This document shows positions 1 to 5,763 of a DNA stretch of 12,708 bases, piece by piece. Within the stretch, counting starts at the first letter, position 1, and every line of letters begins with the position of its first letter. The position numbers and the translations under genes were made by a program. Source of the DNA: Conexivisphaerales archaeon (GTDB lineage: Archaea > Thermoproteota > Nitrososphaeria > Conexivisphaerales > DTJL01); NCBI GenBank assembly GCA_049509455.1, contig JBEKZX010000044.1, positions 1 through 12,708 of the forward strand, read 5' to 3'. Below the pieces are notes generated by a model that made no database searches, had not been told where the DNA came from, and saw only the letters and a program-made list of their open reading frames with translations.

Positions 1-494
1 ACGAGCTCGTTCCTTCGAAGACCCGTCTTCGCCAGGAGGACGAGGACGGCCCTGTCCCGCGGGTTCAAAACCGAACCGATCAAGCGGGACATCTCCTCCA
101 CGGAGATGAGCTTCCTCGGCGGGTCGTCCTGGTCGTCCTCCTTGTACTCCCTCAGGAAGCGCTTCCTCACCGCTAGGACGGGGTTCCCCGGGACGTAGCC
201 CTCGAAGGAGAGGAAGCCGTAGAAGGTGGAGAGGGCCGTGAAGTTGTGATCAAGCGTCTTGTGATCCAGGCCCAGCCCCCTGCGGTAGTGGAGGTACTCC
301 CTGAAGACGAACCGGTCGGCGTCGAAGGGATGGAGCCCCTTCTTTGAGAGGAACTCCAGGAAGTCCTTCACGGTGTGCCTGTATCCGACGATCGTCGAGT
401 CGGCGAGGTTCCTGTCCTTGCAGTCCTGGATGAAGCCCTCCAGGAGCTTCGAAAGGTCGACCCTCTTCTTTACGCCGGACTCCTCCTGGGTCAA
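1..494 (-). CDS. Tyrosine recombinase/integrase (XerC/D-like), N-terminal 164 aa; runs off the left edge of the window
   Basis: Not in the ORF track. Manual translation from TTG at 494: MTQEESGVKKRVDLSKLLEGFIQDCKDRNLADSTIVGYRHTVKDFLEFL...NPVLAVRKRFLREYKEDDQDDPPRKLISVEEMSRLIGSVLNPRDRAVLVLLAKTGLRRNEL. This gives a SAM-like core-binding domain followed by the RDRA..LL..TGLR..EL box carrying the first catalytic Arg. The start overlaps the upstream stop (TTGA, 491-494). Confidence 0.93.
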   Translation of the reverse strand, partial: MTQEESGVKKRVDLSKLLEGFIQDCKDRNLADSTIVGYRHTVKDFLEFLSKKGLHPFDADRFVFREYLHYRRGLGLDHKTLDHNFTALSTFYGFLSFEGYVPGNPVLAVRKRFLREYKEDDQDDPPRKLISVEEMSRLIGSVLNPRDRAVLVLLAKTGLRRNEL

Positions 495-1018
495 TCCCTC
501 CACCTCCAGCCTCTCGCCGTGGCCTCCAGGAGGCCGTAAGCCTCCAGCCCCGCCAGCTGGGCGTCGATCGCTTTGACGGTACCAGTCTCCCTGGGGTCAA
601 TCCCCAGCTTCTGGAGGAGGCGGTCGCTGTCGATGATGCCCTCCCTCTTGAATAGCTCTACGAGGCTCCGGTCATACGAACGGATTCCCTGGAACCCAAC
701 CTGCCCGAAAGGCTGGAGCCTGTAGCTCCTCAGCTCCTTGTCGAGGCGCTCCGCCAGCTCCTTCATCAGCTTGTCCTCCCGCTGGAGCTTGGAGATCTCC
801 TCGTCCTTCTCCCTCAGGAGCTTTACGAGATCCGCCCGAGACTTGTACTCCGCCCCTTCCTCCTCCTGCTTCAAGGAGTTCTCCACGTGCTCCGATACGA
901 ACTTGGAGATGGTCCTCCCCGACTTGTCTGCCAGCCCCTTCCACCGTTCGGCCATGCCGACCGAAGGCAGGTAGACGTAGATGGCCCTCTCTTTCAGCTC
1001 ATTTTTGTCGACGACCAA
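491..1018 (-). CDS. Putative DNA-binding protein: N-terminal ribbon-helix-helix, central coiled coil, C-terminal winged-helix-like domain
   Basis: 175 aa from TTG. Beta strand AIYVYLP followed by helices MAERWKGLADKSG and TISKFVSEHVENSL (RHH/CopG pattern). Heptad-rich middle (LVKLLREKDEEISKLQREDKLMKELAERLDKEL). C-terminus QLAGLEAYGLLEATARGWRW resembles a helix plus wing. Confidence 0.7.
   Translation of the reverse strand: MVVDKNELKERAIYVYLPSVGMAERWKGLADKSGRTISKFVSEHVENSLKQEEEGAEYKSRADLVKLLREKDEEISKLQREDKLMKELAERLDKELRSYRLQPFGQVGFQGIRSYDRSLVELFKREGIIDSDRLLQKLGIDPRETGTVKAIDAQLAGLEAYGLLEATARGWRWRD
501..507 (-). promoter_or_regulatory. Shine-Dalgarno site for the integrase
   Basis: GGAGGTG on the minus strand, 6 nt before the TTG at 494. 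Confidence 0.75.
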
Positions 1019-1068
1019 GTTACACGCAGCCCCAGTATGGAGGTGGCCATAGATAAGGCTATACTAGT

Positions 1069-1072
1069 AAAA
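1069..1072 (-). terminator. Oligo-T terminator of tRNA-Ser
   Basis: TTTT immediately after the encoded CCA on the minus strand. Confidence 0.5.
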
Positions 1073-1198
1073 TGGCGCCGGGAGAGGGATTCGAACCCTC
1101 GCGGCCCATGAAGGGCCACGGGCTCTCATTCCGACCGGCGGAAGGAGCTCCGCCTTCGGCCTCAAGGCCCGCGCGTTAATCCACTTCGCTACCCCGGC
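1073..1198 (-). tRNA. tRNA-Ser(UGA) with a 36-nt intron at canonical 37/38 (exon 1 1198-1161, intron 1160-1125, exon 2 1124-1073); CCA encoded
   Basis: Acceptor GCCGGGG/TCCCGGC with discriminator G73 then CCA. Anticodon stem CGGGC/GCCCG with spliced loop CT-TGA-GA. Long variable arm GGCCC-TTCAT-GGGCC. T arm GAGGG-TTCGAAT-CCCTC. The intron inner helix CCGA/TCGG starts exactly where 37/38 BHB geometry predicts. Confidence 0.93.
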
Positions 1199-1233
1199 GA
1201 GAACAGACCTTGTAAGCAAAGCGCGCGGTTTCC

Positions 1234-1248
1234 TTTAAAACGTTTCCC
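1234..1248 (-). promoter_or_regulatory. BRE/TATA of tRNA-Ser
   Basis: Minus strand GGGAAACG-TTTTAAA, about 36-42 nt upstream of the mature tRNA 5' end. Confidence 0.65.
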
Positions 1249-1264
1249 GATCGCCCATTCCAAC

Positions 1265-1271
1265 TTTTTAA
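1265..1271 (+). promoter_or_regulatory. TATA box for archease (divergent from tRNA-Ser)
   Basis: TTTTTAA upstream of the ORF. The spacing fits TTG at 1312 better than ATG at 1288. Confidence 0.5.
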
Positions 1272-1287
1272 GGGCTTAAGTCCAGCC

Positions 1288-1758
1288 ATGTGTAAGGGTA
1301 AGCTGAGGCTCTTGCGGACCGGGAAGTCTTTCAGGAAATTCCGTCTTCTGGACTACATGTCCGACGCCCTCGTCCAGAGCTACGGCCGGACCCTGGAGGA
1401 CGCCTTCTCCAACGCCGCATCGGCGATGACCGCTGTGATGGTCGACCTGCGCAGGGTCTCCCCCGCTCCACTGACGAGGGAGGTCGTCGCAGAGGGTTTC
1501 GACGAAGAAAGCCTTCTCTACAACTGGCTGGAGGCGGTCCTCGTTAAGAAGGACATAGACCAGGAGATCTTCAGGTCGTCACATGTAAGGATCAAGACAA
1601 CACCCAAGGGCCTCTCCCTTCGAGGCACCCTCCACGGTGAAGCCGTGGACGCGAAACGCCACGTGTTCAAGCGCGACGTCAAGGCCATCACCTACCACGA
1701 AATGTCAATCACGAGGAAGGACGGGAGATACACCCTCAGGTTCCTCCTGGACCTCTGA
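1288..1758 (+). CDS. Archease (RtcB tRNA ligase cofactor); start may be TTG at 1312
   Basis: F.LLDYMSDALVQSYG.TLEDAF.NAA, LLYNWLE, DVKAITYHEM and the C-terminal ...LLDL match the archease family pattern. Confidence 0.92.
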   Translation: MCKGKLRLLRTGKSFRKFRLLDYMSDALVQSYGRTLEDAFSNAASAMTAVMVDLRRVSPAPLTREVVAEGFDEESLLYNWLEAVLVKKDIDQEIFRSSHVRIKTTPKGLSLRGTLHGEAVDAKRHVFKRDVKAITYHEMSITRKDGRYTLRFLLDL

Positions 1759-1874
1759 CATAGGGGCAGGGGAGATCGAGCCAGCCTGCCAGCCGGACAA
1801 CTACTTTTCAGCCGCGGGTCGACTTAATTGACGCTATCCCTATTTCTTCCCGGGAGGCACTCTCCGGCATCGGG

Positions 1875-2246
1875 ATGAGCGACAAGCCCGAGCCGGGCGA
1901 CGACCTCATGTCGATGAGCACAATCTCCAAATACGCTAAGATGATCGAAGACCTACGCTCCGGTCTGGACCCGGAGATCATCAAGACATGGTACGAGAAG
2001 GTCGAGCATGACGCCCGTGAGCTGGCCCCCGCGAACGTGAAGGACACGATCGATGTCATACAGGACGACCTCCTCCCCATGAAGTACAACTTCAAGGCTT
2101 CCAAACGCGCGGTCCCATTCGTCGTGGAGGCCATCGAGAAGAACCTCCAGGGGATGCCCTTCGCCACCAAGCTCTACTTCCAGAAGGTTGAGGAGTCCAT
2201 CTGGGAGGAGTACGAGCGATACATCAAGCAGACCCCGACGCCATAG
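1875..2246 (+). CDS. Conserved hypothetical protein, 123 aa, helical
   Basis: Codon usage like neighbouring core genes. The PMKYNFKASKRAVPFVVEAIE...MPFATKLYFQK segment resembles small hypotheticals I recall from Nitrososphaerota (from memory, unverified). Real start could be M12 or M14. Confidence 0.75.
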   Translation: MSDKPEPGDDLMSMSTISKYAKMIEDLRSGLDPEIIKTWYEKVEHDARELAPANVKDTIDVIQDDLLPMKYNFKASKRAVPFVVEAIEKNLQGMPFATKLYFQKVEESIWEEYERYIKQTPTP

Positions 2247-2256
2247 CCCAGTTACC

Positions 2257-2263
2257 TTTTATA
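2257..2263 (+). promoter_or_regulatory. TATA box for the aminopeptidase gene
   Basis: TTTTATA. With AAGGTG at 2298-2303 it supports ATG 2314 as the start. Confidence 0.55.
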
Positions 2264-2313
2264 GCCGTCTCATGGATTCTCAAGACATCGTCATCCAAAG
2301 GTGCCTGCATAAC

Positions 2314-4827
2314 ATGGATTCATATTATGGTGAAAAGTGCGCCAGTTCCGCCCTGAAGTCCTTCGTTACTCCCTTCTCCAAGCCGCACTTCACGCCTGAC
2401 CGGCCTCTGAACCTCGAACACATCGTCTTGAACGTGGTCCCCGATTTCGAGCAGCAGAGCATCGAGTGCACCGCGACCCTCAGCCTCAAGGCCCTCGCCG
2501 ACAGGGTGGAATCGGTCTGCCTCGACATGGCGGACCTCAAGGTGAAGTCGATAAGCCTGAAGGACAAGGGGCTCCTGCTCTTTCACAGCGAGGACGGCAA
2601 GGTCGTGGCCCAGCTCCCAGACGAAGTGTCTTACGGCTCAACGATCGAAATCGCCGTGGAATACGCCGGAAAGCCACGGAAGGGCCTGTACTTCAGGAAG
2701 CCCGACAAGGACTACCCCAGCAGGCCCGTCCAACTCTGGACGCAGGGGGAGGACGAAGACAGCCATTATTGGTTCCCTTGCATAGACACGCCCGCACAGA
2801 AGGCCACAAGCGAAGTCCTGGCCACCGTCCCGGCGAGCTTCACCGTCATCTCCAACGGCAAGCTGGCTGAAGTGAAGGAGGACGCCGCCAAGGGTCTGAA
2901 GACCTACCACTATGTCCAGGACAAGCCTCATTCCATTTACCTGATCACCCTCGTGGCCGGCGAATTCGTGGAGCTGAAGGATGAGGCGAACGGAATCCCG
3001 CTCCTCTACTACGTACCCAAGGGTAGAGAAGATGATGCCAAGCGCAGCTTCTCGGAAACCCCCAAGATGGTGGAGTTTTTAGCCGAGAAGACGGGGATGC
3101 CCTATCCCTGGGACAAGTATGCGCAGACCTGCGTCAGTGAATACATCTTCGGGGGGATGGAGAACACCTCCGCCACAACGCTGACAGACACGACGTTGCA
3201 CGACGAAAGAGCCCATCTAGACTTCTCGAGCGTGCCTCTTGTTTCGCACGAGCTGGCTCATATGTGGTTCGGCGACCTCCTCACCTGCCGGTACTGGAAG
3301 CATGCATGGCTCAACGAGGGGTTCGCGACCTTTTGCGAGGCCCTGTACACGCAGTTCAGCAAGGGGGACGACGAATACCTGTTCGAGATGCTCCAGAACC
3401 AGGACATCTACCTCGGCGAACTGGACCGCTACGCGCGCCCGATAGTCACAAACGTCTTCGAGACGGCCTCAGAGCTCTTCGACAGGCACCTCTACGAGAA
3501 GGGCTCCGTCGTGCTTCATATGCTTAGGTCGATGGTGGGTCAGGAGACCTTCTGGCGAGGCATCCAACTCTATGTCAAGGACAACGCTTTCAAGAACGTG
3601 GAGACCTCCGATCTGAGGGCCGCTTTCGAGAAGGCTTCCGGGATAAACCTGGACGCCTTCTTCGCCCAGTGGACGGGTCGGCCCGGTCACCCCGACCTGT
3701 CTGTGAATTATGAATCCAAGGCTGAAGACGTGGCCGTACTGAGGGTCGTCCAGAAGCAGGCTGAGGACGCATTCAACTTTAGGTTGAGGGTCAAGGTCCA
3801 ATATCAGGGCTCCGCGGAGGAGACCTGCAGCGACATCACCTCCAAGGACCAGAGCATAGCCCTGCATTTGGCCAGGAGGCCGCTCTACGTCTCTGTGGAC
3901 CCCAAGTTCGAGGTCCTGAAGACCATCGAATATGTCCGGCCGAGGGAGATGATGCTGGCCCAGTTGTCGTCCGACACCGTGCCTGGTCGGATACAGGCCG
4001 CGAAGGGTCTGGCGAAGGATGCCTCGCCTGACGCGGTGGAAGCTCTCAGGAAGGCCCTGGGCAGCGACCCCTTCTGGGGTGTGCAGGCTGAGGCAGCAAA
4101 GGCGTTGGGTGAAGTCGGGAACGAGTCCTCCCTTAAGGCTCTAATCGGAAGCCTTTCCGTCAGCCATCCTAAGGTGAGGCGGGCAGTGGTCTCCGCCCTC
4201 GGACAGTTCAAGAAGGAGGAGGCAGCCGACGCGTTGATCTCTCTCTTCGCAAAGGGAGACCCGAGCTACTTTGTTGAGGCCGAATGCCTGCGCAGCATCG
4301 GAAAGACGAAGTCGGAGAAGGCATATGAGTTCATCGTTAAGGGGATGGAGAGGCCGTCATGGCAGGAGGTCGTCAAGATCGGTGGGGTCGACGGCCTGGG
4401 CAGCCTCGGCGACCCGAAGGCCGTTCCCGTGTTGCTAGAGAAGGTCAAGCTGGGGAATCACCTTCGCGTGAGGGAGTTTTCCACTGTCGCCCTGGGCAAG
4501 GTCGGAAGGGATAACGTCGAAGTCATCGGTCGGCTCACGGACCTACTAAGCGACTACTGGTTCAGGGTCAGGGGTTCCGCGGCGTCTGCGCTGGCAGAGC
4601 TGAAGGCCACCGATGCAATGCCGGCCCTTACTAAGGCAGCCGAGAAAGAGCTGGACGGAAGGGTGAGGCGTTTGATGCGAGAATCGATTATCCGGCTGAG
4701 GGCGAGCAGGACGCCGGATGACGAGCTCAAGCGCGTCTCGGATGACCTTGACAAGCTTCGAGAGGAGAACCGCCTCCTCAAGGAACGCGTTGATCGGCTA
4801 GAGCTGGCAGGAAAGCAGAAGGGTTAG
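2314..4827 (+). CDS. pepN: M1-family Zn aminopeptidase (PepN-like) with C-terminal HEAT/PBS-lyase-like repeats and a terminal coiled coil; about 837 aa
   Basis: GGMEN exopeptidase motif, HELAH-x18-E zinc motif (HELAHMWFGDLLTCRYWKHAWLNE), catalytic Tyr in HLYEKG, and repeated VRxxAAxALG units. The ORF-track start at 2188 overlaps the upstream gene and precedes the TATA box, so ATG 2314 is preferred. Confidence 0.93.
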   Translation: MDSYYGEKCASSALKSFVTPFSKPHFTPDRPLNLEHIVLNVVPDFEQQSIECTATLSLKALADRVESVCLDMADLKVKSISLKDKGLLLFHSEDGKVVAQLPDEVSYGSTIEIAVEYAGKPRKGLYFRKPDKDYPSRPVQLWTQGEDEDSHYWFPCIDTPAQKATSEVLATVPASFTVISNGKLAEVKEDAAKGLKTYHYVQDKPHSIYLITLVAGEFVELKDEANGIPLLYYVPKGREDDAKRSFSETPKMVEFLAEKTGMPYPWDKYAQTCVSEYIFGGMENTSATTLTDTTLHDERAHLDFSSVPLVSHELAHMWFGDLLTCRYWKHAWLNEGFATFCEALYTQFSKGDDEYLFEMLQNQDIYLGELDRYARPIVTNVFETASELFDRHLYEKGSVVLHMLRSMVGQETFWRGIQLYVKDNAFKNVETSDLRAAFEKASGINLDAFFAQWTGRPGHPDLSVNYESKAEDVAVLRVVQKQAEDAFNFRLRVKVQYQGSAEETCSDITSKDQSIALHLARRPLYVSVDPKFEVLKTIEYVRPREMMLAQLSSDTVPGRIQAAKGLAKDASPDAVEALRKALGSDPFWGVQAEAAKALGEVGNESSLKALIGSLSVSHPKVRRAVVSALGQFKKEEAADALISLFAKGDPSYFVEAECLRSIGKTKSEKAYEFIVKGMERPSWQEVVKIGGVDGLGSLGDPKAVPVLLEKVKLGNHLRVREFSTVALGKVGRDNVEVIGRLTDLLSDYWFRVRGSAASALAELKATDAMPALTKAAEKELDGRVRRLMRESIIRLRASRTPDDELKRVSDDLDKLREENRLLKERVDRLELAGKQKG

Positions 4828-4834
4828 AGGCGCG

Positions 4835-4859
4835 GATGCCGTCGGCGGTCAACGGCATC
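4835..4859 (+). terminator. Stem-loop just after the pepN stop (possible terminator or mRNA-stabilising hairpin)
   Basis: GATGCCGT (4835-4842) / ACGGCATC (4852-4859), a perfect 8-bp inverted repeat 7 nt after the stop, with no clear U tract. Confidence 0.4.
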
Positions 4860-5181
4860 TATGCTCTGAGCGGTTAGACGTGTCCATGACCAAAGAATAT
4901 CGTAAAGTTAGCACCTACCGGACACTGTTGTTGAGCGTCATCAGGAGGGCTCTACGGTTCAGAATGCACAAACAATTCGCACGCACGTCATTCCACTCCG
5001 CTAATCAGAGGCCTACGTGAAGGTCGAACCCATTCGAGAGGGCGTTGTCGACGGTCAAAGCTTTGTTCAGTACAGCCAAATTGGTCCAGAAGGCGAGGAA
5101 ATGGTTTAGCGCATCTCCACAGAACCTCTGAAGCGGGTGCCCCAATGGACCTAAATACTCATACAGTATAGAATCCATGGA

Positions 5182-5634
5182 GTGACGGCACTGAGAACTC
5201 CCATTGTTCTAGGAGCAATCGCAATCGCCATAGTTGCGGCAGCCGGTATAGTATCAATGGCAGGCCAGTCAGGCTCGAAGCCTGCATGTACATCAACAAG
5301 CACATCCTCCAAAGTGATGATCAATGTGGTGTCGGCAAAAATGGTCCAGCCGCTTACGGGAGCAGGTCCAACGGTCGAACTGACCCTCCAAAACCAATGG
5401 GGATGCCCTGTGACTAGCCTTTCAGCGATACTTGAGCTGTACAAGAATTACACCTACTATTTCAACGACGTGAATAGCTCACACCCGCTTGGCCAAGGAC
5501 AAACGGTCACAGCCAATCAAACCCTTTTTGAAGGCGAATTCGATTCCACGGTAAGTTATCCTCTCGTTATCGAAGGAACAATTCAAGACACATTATTCAC
5601 TGAGACGGTCATGATACAGATTCTTCCCGTATAA
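5182..5634 (+). CDS. Secreted or membrane-anchored beta-rich protein of unknown function, 150 aa
   Basis: Hydrophobic N-terminus (IVLGAIAIAIVAAAGIVSMA), S/T linker, two Cys and three N-glycosylation sequons (NYT, NSS, NQT). TAAATA at 5152-5157 suits a leaderless GTG start. Many A/T-ending codons, unlike the flanking genes. Confidence 0.75.
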   Translation: MTALRTPIVLGAIAIAIVAAAGIVSMAGQSGSKPACTSTSTSSKVMINVVSAKMVQPLTGAGPTVELTLQNQWGCPVTSLSAILELYKNYTYYFNDVNSSHPLGQGQTVTANQTLFEGEFDSTVSYPLVIEGTIQDTLFTETVMIQILPV

Positions 5635-5699
5635 GTTAACGGATAAGACGGGAGTTCACACGTGTGGAGCACAAGAAGAGGACAGAGGACGTAGGGTGA

Positions 5700-5763
5700 A
5701 AGCCCGGTGATGCGAAGGTATCACGCCGGGTTCGGGAGGTAGGGCGCGTGCTTCCTGCCCTAC
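5700..5763 (+). ncRNA. Group II intron domain V (5700-5733) plus domain VI-like hairpin ending in AC (5734-5763); orphan fragment
   Basis: 34-nt AAGCCCGGT-GATGC-GAAG-GTATC-AC-GCCGGGTTC with AGC triad, 9-position lower stem (first pair A.C, then A-U, G.U, five G-C/C-G pairs, U.G), AC bulge, 5-bp upper stem and tetraloop. It is followed by GGGAGGTAGGG...CCTGCCCTAC, typical of D6 and the 3' splice site. Confidence 0.82.

Larger units (their letters stand above)
1..1072 (-). mobile_element. Probable end of an integrated element inserted at tRNA-Ser(UGA)
   Basis: The integrase and DNA-binding gene pair starts 54 nt after the tRNA 3' end. The second att copy is not inside the window, so the boundary is inferred. 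Confidence 0.55.

Noticed and set aside
2188-2321. Extended pepN N-terminus from TTG 2188 or ATG 2272, and the 9-bp repeat CATGGATTC (2271, 2313)
   Set aside because: The TATA at 2257-2263 and the SD-like AAGGTG favour ATG 2314. A single 9-bp repeat is unremarkable.
4994-5139. Imperfect inverted repeat CACTCCGCTAATCAGAGG / CCTCTGAAGCGGGTG enclosing 113 nt (MITE or RNA stem?)
   Set aside because: It needs two bulges to reach 15 bp, has no target-site duplication or second copy, and is plausible by chance
4886-5178. Short ORFs 4886-5020 (+, 44 aa) and 5178-5005 (-, 57 aa)
   Set aside because: No motifs and no SD; the two overlap each other and the promoter of the 5182 gene
4828-5699. Idea that the secreted-protein ORF is cargo in domain IV of a complete group II intron, or a IIC intron inserted after the pepN hairpin
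   Set aside because: No GUGYG at a suitable distance and no recognisable D1-D3 motifs in 4828-5180. The 34-nt AGC-type D5 is not IIC-like.
5643-5699. Short frame IRREFTRVEHKKRTEDVG* ending just before D5, as a possible maturase C-terminus
   Set aside because: No HNH or maturase residues are recognisable, and there is a stop immediately upstream
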